Source: a virus | Direction: 5' to 3' (one strand) | DNA length: 64,000 bases | IMG/VR virus record: IMGVR_UViG_3300042453_003986 | Coordinates: 1-64,000 of that record | Part shown: in pieces, positions 16,466 through 25,707 of the stretch | How positions within the stretch are numbered: the stretch's first letter is position 1 | Layout: every line of letters begins with the position of its first letter | Translations under genes and position numbers: made by a program | Notes under the pieces: generated by a model | What the model saw: only the letters and a program-made list of their open reading frames with translations | Databases searched by the model: none | Told to the model about the DNA's origin: nothing

Positions 16466-17057
16466 CGATTATCTCCTTAAACGCAGCTAACGTCAGGACA
16501 TAGTATACCACAAAATCAATCACTAGCACCATTGGGTACTGAAGTGCTTTTGTCATGATGGTTCGATACAGCGGCACAGTCTTGATGGGCTTATTAAGCA
16601 CAAAACGCGCCTCAGTCTTAAGAGCGTCTAGAGAACACACTTTGGCCAAATCAATTCCGCGAATAATCACAAAATCAGGAGTGTGATTATGGTAGTGGAT
16701 AACGAGCACGCCAAATAAGGCACGCATCTGCTCGGCCTCTTGTTGAATTTTCTTCAGCCATAGCTTACTGATCTTGATGCAGGGCTGCCCCATTGCAAAT
16801 TGCTCAGTAAGCTTACATTCTACTAAATAGCGTCCGGGACGTGTCGTAAACGGTACAACTACATCACCTTTAGACGCACCAGCCCCTGAAAGAGGCGTTC
16901 GATCCCCTGCTAAATACTTCGCTACTCTACGCTCCATCGCCTTTGACCGTTGCTTATTCAACCGGTTGCGCTCTCGCTTCTCTTCTTTGAGACGCTCAAG
17001 CGCAGCTGGTGACGTAATCGGTTTACTGACTGGAGGTGAACTTTTGCGTTGGGCCAT
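16449..17057 (-). CDS. Holliday junction resolvase-like PD-(D/E)XK nuclease
   Basis: ERRVA..L.G.R.P.SGAG..KGDV...LVECK pattern. Confidence 0.75.
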   Translation of the reverse strand: MAQRKSSPPVSKPITSPAALERLKEEKRERNRLNKQRSKAMERRVAKYLAGDRTPLSGAGASKGDVVVPFTTRPGRYLVECKLTEQFAMGQPCIKISKLWLKKIQQEAEQMRALFGVLVIHYHNHTPDFVIIRGIDLAKVCSLDALKTEARFVLNKPIKTVPLYRTIMTKALQYPMVLVIDFVVYYVLTLAAFKEIIDGEGG

Positions 17058-18219
17058 GAAAAATCACCGTACTTACGGCAAGTTTGCCGTTCCTATTCTT
17101 ATGAAATCGTAAGTTAATCGCGCGATTGCCATTTGTGTCTGGAAACTCGTCGATAGGCGACATCTCGATAACAGTGTCAGCCACCTGAGATACTTCGCCC
17201 GAGTCACGCACGGCGTCAAGTCCTTCTCCACCCTTGTTCATCTGCGAGAGGAGTACGACTGCCAAGTTGTGTTCCTTGGCAATCTCCTTAAGATGAACTG
17301 CAACTTCCCCCAAATCCTGATTACGGTTGCCGTTAGCGTGGTGCCTCACAATCTGGAGATAGTCCAGAAACACCACACGACACCCTTGCCGAGCAGCCGC
17401 GGCAATCTCCCGCCGGATAGTGTCCAGCGTCACCGTTGGGTCGTCAATGACAAACATCGGCAACGTCTGCAAGTAGATCACTACCTCTTCAATTCGTGCC
17501 GCAGCGGCGCGGTCTACCCGACCGAATTGAATAGCCGTAGCGTCCAGCGACAATAGGTATGCTACCCAGCGAGAAATTAGCTGCTCCTTCGACATCTCCA
17601 ACGAGAAGAACAAACTGCGCGTCTGGTACTGCCGCGCCATTTCTAGCATAGACTGCCCAACCAAGGCAGTCTTGCCGGTGCCCGGCTTGGCCATGACGAT
17701 GTTCAACGTCTTAGGCAGCCACTCACCGCCCAACAGCGAGTCAAGAAACCGAATGCCTGTACGCGTAAAAGAGTACGTACCGTCCAACTTCCGCCCAAGG
17801 TCGCCCAGCATGCGCTGAGCTCCGGGAATGAGCGTCGAGTCGTGCGTAGGAGAAACGGGGTCAAACGCCAAAACCTTCTCCACACGCCGCTCATCAGGCT
17901 CGTACTTCGTAGCCTCTGCGGCGAGTACGGTCGCTGCGTTGTGCAGCTGGCGCCGACGCGCTATACGTGCAAGCTCCTCCAGCAGGGCTCGCGATGAAGC
18001 AGTAGCAGGCACAAGCAGTTCTGGAGGAATCTGACCCGCGAATGCGATGTGCAGAACCTCAAAACTTAGCTCACCGTAACGAACATAGGCTTCCTTTAAG
18101 GCCACAAAGTAGTGCTGCCGCTCCTCCGTAAACACAGCAGAGCTTACATTGTGCATAAGTTCTGGATTCTGGATAAACGAGGTAAGCAATCGCCACTCAG
18201 CTGCTTGATCTTGGTACAT
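17023..18219 (-). CDS. dnaB: DnaB-like replicative helicase
   Basis: AKPGTGKT, FSLEM, LDYLQ, LSQMN, RDSGEVSQVAD and KNRNG. Confidence 0.95.
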   Translation of the reverse strand: MYQDQAAEWRLLTSFIQNPELMHNVSSAVFTEERQHYFVALKEAYVRYGELSFEVLHIAFAGQIPPELLVPATASSRALLEELARIARRRQLHNAATVLAAEATKYEPDERRVEKVLAFDPVSPTHDSTLIPGAQRMLGDLGRKLDGTYSFTRTGIRFLDSLLGGEWLPKTLNIVMAKPGTGKTALVGQSMLEMARQYQTRSLFFSLEMSKEQLISRWVAYLLSLDATAIQFGRVDRAAAARIEEVVIYLQTLPMFVIDDPTVTLDTIRREIAAAARQGCRVVFLDYLQIVRHHANGNRNQDLGEVAVHLKEIAKEHNLAVVLLSQMNKGGEGLDAVRDSGEVSQVADTVIEMSPIDEFPDTNGNRAINLRFHKNRNGKLAVSTVIFHGPTQKFTSSQ

Positions 18220-19126
18220 AGCCGTGTCTCCTCATCAACACTGCCCAATTAGTATAGGGCAGCGAATAACCTAAAAGCGACATAAACATCTTCGGACCCT
18301 TAGTCAGGATATAGGTGTCCACATCCATTTTACTCCCAGAAAGCGGTAAAAACAAGATGTTGCACTCTCCAAGGCGCTGGGCTAGCGTGTCAACAGCGGC
18401 GTACACATTCTCCGCAACTGCACGATCAGCCTGCGAATCAAACATAATCACACGTGTCTGCTGCTGGTACAAACTACGCAATCGCCAGCGCCAAGTGTTG
18501 ATTCCCGGAAGAGCTACAGCAGAAACGCCGATTTGCTGGCACACTAGCGCCTTTATCTCCCCCTCAGTAATCACCACAGTCGCTCCAGTCGGTGGCCGCT
18601 GTCCCTGAGGCACATAGGGCCATTCATCTGCTCCACGAAACGCCGCCCGTCCGTAGGGACCCTTATATCGTACTTCTGCCTCAGGATCGAGTGACCGCCC
18701 CCGTAAGTCGGTCACCTCGCCATCTGGGCTTATATAAGGGAAAATAATACGGCTCGCCAGCACAGAGCTTCCCCCGTTAGTTGCAATACCTGCATCGCGA
18801 GCAATGCTGTCTGTGTACAGCGGATGCGGCCCCGCGGGGCAGTACCCAATCTGATTCGCGTCAATAATACGGTCGGTAATCCCTCGCGTATGTAAGTATG
18901 CGCGAGCTTCTGGAGTAAGGCAGGCGTGGTAGTAGGCCGCGCACTGTCGATAATACTGTCGAATACCCGCCAGATTTTCTGACACCTTTAGGAGCTGGCC
19001 TACTGACTCATTACGAGCCCCTTTGGTGTAGCCGCAATTAAAACAATGCTCTACCCCGTTATCAGGGGTAACATACAAGTTGTGTCCGTCACACTCTGGA
19101 CACGTCGCTTTGTATCCTCTTGCCAT
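18197..19126 (-). CDS. DNA primase (Zn ribbon plus TOPRIM)
   Basis: CPEC...CFNC, YL..RGI, RIIFP, GR, KY, ITEGEIKA and FDS. Confidence 0.9.
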   Translation of the reverse strand: MARGYKATCPECDGHNLYVTPDNGVEHCFNCGYTKGARNESVGQLLKVSENLAGIRQYYRQCAAYYHACLTPEARAYLHTRGITDRIIDANQIGYCPAGPHPLYTDSIARDAGIATNGGSSVLASRIIFPYISPDGEVTDLRGRSLDPEAEVRYKGPYGRAAFRGADEWPYVPQGQRPPTGATVVITEGEIKALVCQQIGVSAVALPGINTWRWRLRSLYQQQTRVIMFDSQADRAVAENVYAAVDTLAQRLGECNILFLPLSGSKMDVDTYILTKGPKMFMSLLGYSLPYTNWAVLMRRHGYVPRSSS

Positions 19127-19136
19127 GAATGCTCCT

Positions 19137-19183
19137 AAAAAAAAAAAAAGAAAGCAGCGGCAGGAAACTTCCTGCCGCTGCTT
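19137..19183 (-). terminator. Intrinsic terminator after the SSB-like gene
   Basis: Perfect AAGCAGCGGCAGGAA/TTCCTGCCGCTGCTT inverted repeat with a long T tract on the minus strand. Confidence 0.9.
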
Positions 19184-19190
19184 CGCGGAC

Positions 19191-20003
19191 TTAGAACAGC
19201 TCGTCAGCGACTTCCGCCTTAGCGGGCGAGGCTTGGGGTGCCTCCAGTGCTTGCATGTTCGGAGCTAGTGGAATACGGTAATCCTTGACCACCGTATCGT
19301 ACTCCTCACCGGCGAGCAAAGCCTTAACCGCTTGAACAGGCCACGGCTTGCAGTATGCAAACAAGTCGTATACCCGTGCGTACGCTTCGGGGTCCAACAC
19401 CGTGCGATCAGCTGCGTGTACAGTGATAGTACGCTTCGTCAAGAGACCCTGACCAACAGTGCGGATTTGAAGGTCGACTGTAGACAACGGGATCAAAGCA
19501 CCCGTCTCTTCGTCAAACGTCGTCCGCGACAAGTCGTCGAGATCGTTAAACAAGCCACGGCCACCACGCTGGCTAACTGAACCCTTGAGCACGACCACTT
19601 CGTTGCGACGAGTAGGGCGCTCGGCAATCTCCTTGCCCTCTACGACGTACTGGTTCATCGAGTTAGGGTAAATAACCCCGTTTTCCCGGCGCACTACCAG
19701 CGTTTTGTCGTACACGTTAATGAAAGCTTGCAGCTTCACACCTTCAGCAATTTGAGGGGGAAGAAGACTGCGCGTCTGTTCGTCAACAAAAACAGGACGA
19801 CGAATTTCCTTGTCATTGCGCTTGAAGGTCATCCACGCCTCCAGCACCACAGGACCCATCAACGGGAGCTGTGGATTTGCGGGATCAGGCAACAGACGAA
19901 TGCGGCGGCTGCCCTCGCGCAAGTCCAGAAACGGCAGCGAGTTGTTCGTAGTAGCAGGCATTCCTTTGAGGTTCGCGGCTTGCTTCAGCATCTCATCAAA
20001 CAT
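19191..20003 (-). CDS. Putative single-stranded DNA-binding protein
   Basis: L.EG..RIRLLP N-terminus, acidic/aromatic tail (ADELF), position upstream of primase. Confidence 0.65.
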   Translation of the reverse strand: MFDEMLKQAANLKGMPATTNNSLPFLDLREGSRRIRLLPDPANPQLPLMGPVVLEAWMTFKRNDKEIRRPVFVDEQTRSLLPPQIAEGVKLQAFINVYDKTLVVRRENGVIYPNSMNQYVVEGKEIAERPTRRNEVVVLKGSVSQRGGRGLFNDLDDLSRTTFDEETGALIPLSTVDLQIRTVGQGLLTKRTITVHAADRTVLDPEAYARVYDLFAYCKPWPVQAVKALLAGEEYDTVVKDYRIPLAPNMQALEAPQASPAKAEVADELF

Positions 20004-20008
20004 CGGGT

Positions 20009-20155
20009 TTACTCCTTCGAGGCGATCTCTCTCGCCATTGCATTGAGTCCGTCCATTACTATTCTTCGGACTACGGGATTGACTATACCATGATCTTCAA
20101 GCCGTGTCAAGATACGTTTGATATATTTTTGAGCGACATTACTCGGAGATACCAT
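20009..20155 (-). CDS. Small hypothetical protein (MVSPSNVA..., 48 aa)
   Basis: GGAG upstream of the ATG at 20155. Confidence 0.6.
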   Translation of the reverse strand: MVSPSNVAQKYIKRILTRLEDHGIVNPVVRRIVMDGLNAMAREIASKE

Positions 20156-21317
20156 CGACAATCTCCATAAACTGATTAGCGATATTCTTCCAGTTAAACT
20201 TGTCTTTGCGCATGTGCAAATAGCCAAGGTTTCCAAGGTGAGTCCGCCGGTTGCGATCGGTGTATAAACGATGCAAAGCAGCAATAGCGCTTTCCATCTC
20301 AGTAATGTGGTGCACCGTGTTCAAGCCACGGTCAGTCAAGAACGGAACTGGGTATACTTCTGCATACTCGCAGTTATCCTCTGGCCACTCCGCAAGGGCC
20401 GAGTGACGTGGAATAATCACGGGTAGACCTGCGGCCATCGCTTCCGCGACCGGCAAACACCACCCTTCAGCCATCGTCGTAGTGAAGAAAACGTCAGCAG
20501 CATTATAAATCCAGTTGATCTGCTCAGCGGGTAATCCCTTATCTGGGCGGATGTGTGGAGAACTAATCGCCAAGCGGTCAGCAATGCCTAAGTACTCCGC
20601 CCACTGAATAATGTCAATACCAAAATCATGGAGCGACCCATGATAATAGAATTTAACACTTTTCGGCAGGTTGTACCGCTTCACCCATTCGGCAAAGTAA
20701 TACATGGTCATGTCAATTCTCTTGCGTGGCTGGTTTCGTTGAAGACAAAGTACGCAATACACGTCTTCGTCCATCTTCATCTTTTTCCGTACTTCCTCGC
20801 GAGATACTGGGCGAAACGTCTCAGTGTCTACCCCATGAGGGACAATGTACAACTTCTTAATAATATCGGCCGTCTTTAAAATCTGTTCGAGACCGAACTG
20901 TGTATACGTAACCACTGCATCATACTTAGAGAGCCCTTCAACAAATTCCTTCTTAACGTTTTCTGCGTCTACTGGCGTATACGCAACAAACTTTGAAGAG
21001 ACCTTGTCGCGAATTTGCTCAAACTGCTCGGCGTATTGCATGCAAATCCACGGGTCGTTAAGCACAAAAACAACGTCAGGCTGGATGCGCGTAATAAGTT
21101 CGTTTAGTCGAGAAAAACCCCAGATGTCCCCTGCCGCAGCAGCCGGATACACTTTTAGTCCTTCGCAAAGCGGATCGTAATCCCCATGATAATTAACTCC
21201 CAAGACGTGAACCTCGTACTTCTCTCGAAAATACTTAATAAGGTTCGTGCTTACCACTCCAAATCCGGTCTGTATAGGAAAGTCTCCTACATACAGCATT
21301 TTGAGTTTCTCTGTCAT
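20139..21317 (-). CDS. Glycosyltransferase, GT-B fold (GT4-like)
   Basis: TGFG, PDVV...ND, VPHGVD...F.P, RNQPRK, YNAADVF and EGWCLPVAEAMAAGLPVI; AGGAG before the ATG at 21317. Confidence 0.92.
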   Translation of the reverse strand: MTEKLKMLYVGDFPIQTGFGVVSTNLIKYFREKYEVHVLGVNYHGDYDPLCEGLKVYPAAAAGDIWGFSRLNELITRIQPDVVFVLNDPWICMQYAEQFEQIRDKVSSKFVAYTPVDAENVKKEFVEGLSKYDAVVTYTQFGLEQILKTADIIKKLYIVPHGVDTETFRPVSREEVRKKMKMDEDVYCVLCLQRNQPRKRIDMTMYYFAEWVKRYNLPKSVKFYYHGSLHDFGIDIIQWAEYLGIADRLAISSPHIRPDKGLPAEQINWIYNAADVFFTTTMAEGWCLPVAEAMAAGLPVIIPRHSALAEWPEDNCEYAEVYPVPFLTDRGLNTVHHITEMESAIAALHRLYTDRNRRTHLGNLGYLHMRKDKFNWKNIANQFMEIVDGISE

Positions 21318-21324
21318 AATTCTC

Positions 21325-21897
21325 CTAGTAAACTTTTGTTCCAATTATCACATTTAGCGGCTGCCTGCTGGCAGTAGGCTGCGCTATACGTGTCTTAAAT
21401 AAGGTGTCAAGCTCTCCCTTTAGTAGCTCTAACACCAAGCGGGATGACTTTGCAGACTCGGCGTTAGTGTATCGGATGTCCTCAGTCGACCACGAATAGT
21501 AGCTATTTGAGTTTCCGGTAAATTTAGACAAGTACGCCAAATACGCTGCAGCTAGCACTAACGCGTCCTCATCATCCTGCTCTAAAGTAGGCGGATAGGC
21601 CTGCGTAAACTCTAGAAAAGGGTTTCTAAACGCACTGCCAATCGACAGTCCGCTGGGTATCGCTCCAAACCCATCAACGGTATTGGCCACCGCAAACCCT
21701 TGAGGAGCTTCCCCCGCGACGTAAGTATCTGCACCGACAACCTGATATTTACTTTTCCAGCGGCTCATAAGAAAGCGGATGGCTGAAGAAAGACAGGTTC
21801 TAATGTACGTGTCCGAATATTCCGTAGCGTCTAGATCCCCTAAACGAATACGCACTGCGTCGATGTACCCATCGAGATTAGTTGGTGAAGTAAGCAT
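21325..21897 (-). CDS. Putative head-tail adaptor (neck) protein
   Basis: N-terminal I..VR..LGD......SD..I pattern typical of SPP1 gp15-like adaptors; size fits. Confidence 0.6.
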   Translation of the reverse strand: MLTSPTNLDGYIDAVRIRLGDLDATEYSDTYIRTCLSSAIRFLMSRWKSKYQVVGADTYVAGEAPQGFAVANTVDGFGAIPSGLSIGSAFRNPFLEFTQAYPPTLEQDDEDALVLAAAYLAYLSKFTGNSNSYYSWSTEDIRYTNAESAKSSRLVLELLKGELDTLFKTRIAQPTASRQPLNVIIGTKVY

Positions 21898-21911
21898 AAT
21901 CCTCCTAATTG

Positions 21912-21941
21912 ATTATACGCGATAAAGATAAAAAATGTCAA
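21912..21941 (-). promoter_or_regulatory. Consensus sigma70-type promoter TTGACA-N18-TATAAT
   Basis: Both hexamers perfect; upstream of AGGAGG and the ATG at 21897. Confidence 0.85.
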
Positions 21942-22204
21942 ATAATTAAATACTCTGGAGGGTCCGGTATAACTACCGTGTCTAGGTCAGGAAATATCTC
22001 AGGGATACTTCGTATAAACGCACGATAATTTCTGCACTCAATAATCTGCTCGTCTGTCAAATCTACATCAGGTAACTGGGTCCAGTCCGTTTTACTTAGG
22101 ACTCCTATCCTAAACGCTTTTAGTTCTAACCTTCTTGCCTCAAGACGTCGGTCTTCGGATAAATTAGGATCTACACACTCAGAGTTTTGAAATTGATAAA
22201 TCAT
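21938..22204 (-). CDS. Tail fibre assembly chaperone
   Basis: R...L..TDWTQLPD....YR..IR.IP...P.PP motif; follows the fibre gene. Confidence 0.85.
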   Translation of the reverse strand: MIYQFQNSECVDPNLSEDRRLEARRLELKAFRIGVLSKTDWTQLPDVDLTDEQIIECRNYRAFIRSIPEIFPDLDTVVIPDPPEYLII

Positions 22205-25200
22205 TCAACCTCCTCAACCGTATCACAACGATATGTAAAAAACGGGATTCTTACAGCCTTGTTACCTGTGTTACTCCATGTTAAAAGATTAAATCGCGAG
22301 TATAGCGCCCAATAGTCATTAGCAGGTACAAAGCGTATAAACCCAATATCCGCTTGAGCTGTCCCTGCAATAATTACATTGCAATGTGCGGCGCTATATG
22401 TTTCAAAAAAGATCGAATGTCTAATTGGAGGATACACCCAGAAATATGTCTGGGTTGAGGTAAGTTGAAGAAGTCCCGCTGAAAAAGATACCTGATTTCC
22501 CGCCCACATAAAAGTGACGTTAGTGGTTACTGCACTATTACCCCCGGATATTTGCAGTAAGCTACTAATGTCGTACCAGCGGTTTTCTTCAAAAAGGTAC
22601 GGGATATAATGAAATATTGGGTAGTCCAGTGTCAGTAACTTAGGAAATCGCCGCCAATCCTCCTTAGAGTGATCGTACACTGCATTAAAAAGCGAAGACC
22701 ACGTCACTCCTGCACTGTTTTGCTCCAATGCCTTTTCGTTAACTACCATCGCGTAGCAATTACGAACCCATATGCTGTTGGAGCTTCCTGTAAAGCAAAC
22801 TTGGCACTTTAAAGAAGTTTCAGTAGAATTTACATAGACTACGGTAGAAATCTGTACCCACTGTCCCGTTGTAGTAGTTGCTGTTCCAGAAGTAGTACCA
22901 ACGTTAGTTTCTATAGAACAGTAGGCGGTATTTGAGGAACTTTCAAGATAAACCTCGGCCGAAAATCGAACGTGTTTTCCGGCAAAATCATTTAAGTTTC
23001 TTGCGGTAACATCTTGAAAAATCATAGAAGTTCCGGTACCAAGCGGTACTACTTTTAGATTTGCATATATAAGCTTCGCAAACATCTGCCGCACAGCTCT
23101 AGTAGAGAGATAATTAACTCCCTTATCTGACCACCAAGTTAAGGCGTTAACGCGCCCGCTAAACCGTTGATTACCGTTACCTGCGCATCCAATGCCAAAT
23201 ACATTCGAGGTGGTAGAAGCGCGGCTAGTTGCTCCATTATCCACATAAGCTTTTGTACCATTAACCCATAGCACTAGTCGGTTTATTCCGGGGTCTTTAA
23301 TATACTGAGCTACGACATGGTACCATTTTCCTGTCTGTACAAGATGAGGGTGGGTTAATGTTATAACACCCTGCCCACTAGGTAATCTCAGTTGGAAGTA
23401 AAAGTAGGAATATCCGTTATTTCCTTGAACGCCTACAGTGGTTTCGTTGTTGTCGGAGTCATAAAACCCACAGAAGCTTTGTTGATTACTTCCTGAAGTA
23501 GGAGGGGCAGTGGCCTGTACTACTGCAGACACGACAAACCCGTTAGCGTTGTTCATTACTTGACTACTGTCCGTGTAAGTAAAGTAGTTAGCGGTACCGT
23601 CAAAAGTCGGAGAATACGCCATAGGACTTTTTCTACTACGTGTCACGGTGCCCGTCTGGGTAGCGGTTTTAGAAGTACCAGAGTAGTCTAGTGCGTTTCC
23701 GCTGGCCTCATTTAAGTACCAATTACCGCGCATTATAAAATTGTTTTCTAGTTCTTTAATGCCTGCGTAATCTGTGGTAATAAACGCGCCTCCAAGTAGT
23801 TCCGTAAAGTTATCTTGAAACCAGTCGTCAGGAAGTGCCCCGTATCCAGACTGACTGTTATTGATAAAAGCTCCGTTACTAAGTAAGTTTGGCTGAGGGG
23901 CTAGACCAGAAATAGTGTTACTAAACTTAACGGGCACATCTGCAAGGACTGTCTCAGAGGTTACTGTCAGTAGAGGAGACTCAAAAGTAAATGGAGCGTC
24001 ACCTACTATTTTGTTCACAACAAAATTTGCCGAGTTAACAGAAGTGGGTATTGCTAAAGTTAGTTTAGGTTCAAGTCCGTTACCGCTAACTGTAATTTTG
24101 TTGTTAAACATTGAAATAAGCCCTGAGGCAGCGCTGGATGCGGTTGAAAGCAGTAAACTACTCCCCACAGTTGATTTTGAGTTTAAGTATAGTCGATTTG
24201 TGGCAGTACTTAAAAAATACTGCCGTCCGCTTTCTGAAGGAAGCCAACCAGAATCAATAGAAGTGGTGTTGTCATTACCGCCGTCAACAGTAAAACCGGG
24301 TCGATAATACTGTTGCTGTCCTATAATCGTACTGTAGCGCGGGGTTGCATAATCGTAGTATACGGGAACATAAGCGCCGCTAATAAGCGTAGTAGCATCG
24401 TAGTAATAAGAAGCAAATTTAATCGAGTTCACATCAGGGGGGTACTGCTGAACATTAGAAATAACGTCTGTACCCGACTGCCCTCGATAACCCGGGGGAG
24501 CTACTGTGACGGGATTTTTAAAGGCTAAGCCGCTTGCGTTTAAGATCGTATACTCACCGCTTCCAACATATAAGCGACCGTTATCTCCAATACTTATCCC
24601 GCTGTTCACTACCAGTGTGCCCATGTTGGCCGCTATTGCATCTAGTTGATCTACTTGCAGTTTGTCCGATGTAATAGTACCGGCAGTTATTAAAGCACCC
24701 GAAATTGTATTGGCGGCGATTTGACCGCCCGTGATCGTACCCGCTTGAATTTTACTAGCCGTCAGTGTATTGTCTGCAATTAAAACTCCTGAAATTGTAC
24801 CTGCAACAATTTGAGCACCGGTCAAAGTACTGTCTGCAATCTGCCCTGCAGTAAGTGTTTTTGAAGCTAACTTATCAAATGTAATAGTGTTTCCGGCAAT
24901 TAACGACCCTGAGATGGTGCTCGCGGTAATCCGATTTCCGGTAATAGACCCGGCCGCAATCTCGTTCGATGTGATAGTGCCGGGAGTAATTAACACGCCG
25001 GACACAGTTCCATCAAGAATTTTTGTACCGGTAATACTCTTGTCTGGAATGTCAGGACTTACCACAATACTTTCACTGACTTGTAATGCAATCGTGTCAA
25101 TAAAGTCAGCTGACACGTGATATGCTTTAATCGCGTTAACTTCAAGATCAAACGCGCCTGTGGCTTTTCTAGGAAGTATTTGAGAAATAGAATAAGTACC

Positions 25201-25707
25201 GACTCCCGAGTGTACGATTGTAAACGCTCGATTAAACACAGGCAGAGGCAGCACTACGTTAATTTGCCCAGTTCCTGCAATAGGGAATAACAACTCTGTA
25301 TATGCTATAGGAGCGTCATCATATTTTGTGGGAAAGTACAGATCAGTGCGCTCCGCTGTCCCGGAAGTAGTGTACGGAACCCCGTAAAAATTTGGAACAG
25401 GGTCGTTTAACGACTCCCCGATCAGGACACCTAAAGAAATACCAGAGCCGCTAAGAATATTTAGCGACACGCTTCCAATCCGCTCAGTACGGTTCATTAT
25501 TACTGCGGTAGAGTTAAGCCCACCGGAGTACACAAAATACTGGGTTTCGTCGTCAGTTAACAGCACATTAGGATCGAGCGATCCTGAGTGAGCCGGCCAA
25601 CTAATTGCTAGTGGCCACTGCACTGCACGACGCGTAGAAGAATCTACGTACGTGTAGTCATTAGTAGACCCCGCAACGTCTGGAAAATAAGAATCAATCA
25701 TGCCCAC
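22201..25707 (-). CDS. Tail fibre / receptor-binding protein with ~10-aa G-T-I-T repeats and a LamG-like domain
   Basis: Repeats such as AGSITGNRI and AGTISGVLI; W.LNE.SG...D.SG, W.HVV and F.G.V LamG-like motifs. Confidence 0.8.
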   Translation of the reverse strand: MGMIDSYFPDVAGSTNDYTYVDSSTRRAVQWPLAISWPAHSGSLDPNVLLTDDETQYFVYSGGLNSTAVIMNRTERIGSVSLNILSGSGISLGVLIGESLNDPVPNFYGVPYTTSGTAERTDLYFPTKYDDAPIAYTELLFPIAGTGQINVVLPLPVFNRAFTIVHSGVGTYSISQILPRKATGAFDLEVNAIKAYHVSADFIDTIALQVSESIVVSPDIPDKSITGTKILDGTVSGVLITPGTITSNEIAAGSITGNRITASTISGSLIAGNTITFDKLASKTLTAGQIADSTLTGAQIVAGTISGVLIADNTLTASKIQAGTITGGQIAANTISGALITAGTITSDKLQVDQLDAIAANMGTLVVNSGISIGDNGRLYVGSGEYTILNASGLAFKNPVTVAPPGYRGQSGTDVISNVQQYPPDVNSIKFASYYYDATTLISGAYVPVYYDYATPRYSTIIGQQQYYRPGFTVDGGNDNTTSIDSGWLPSESGRQYFLSTATNRLYLNSKSTVGSSLLLSTASSAASGLISMFNNKITVSGNGLEPKLTLAIPTSVNSANFVVNKIVGDAPFTFESPLLTVTSETVLADVPVKFSNTISGLAPQPNLLSNGAFINNSQSGYGALPDDWFQDNFTELLGGAFITTDYAGIKELENNFIMRGNWYLNEASGNALDYSGTSKTATQTGTVTRSRKSPMAYSPTFDGTANYFTYTDSSQVMNNANGFVVSAVVQATAPPTSGSNQQSFCGFYDSDNNETTVGVQGNNGYSYFYFQLRLPSGQGVITLTHPHLVQTGKWYHVVAQYIKDPGINRLVLWVNGTKAYVDNGATSRASTTSNVFGIGCAGNGNQRFSGRVNALTWWSDKGVNYLSTRAVRQMFAKLIYANLKVVPLGTGTSMIFQDVTARNLNDFAGKHVRFSAEVYLESSSNTAYCSIETNVGTTSGTATTTTGQWVQISTVVYVNSTETSLKCQVCFTGSSNSIWVRNCYAMVVNEKALEQNSAGVTWSSLFNAVYDHSKEDWRRFPKLLTLDYPIFHYIPYLFEENRWYDISSLLQISGGNSAVTTNVTFMWAGNQVSFSAGLLQLTSTQTYFWVYPPIRHSIFFETYSAAHCNVIIAGTAQADIGFIRFVPANDYWALYSRFNLLTWSNTGNKAVRIPFFTYRCDTVEEVE

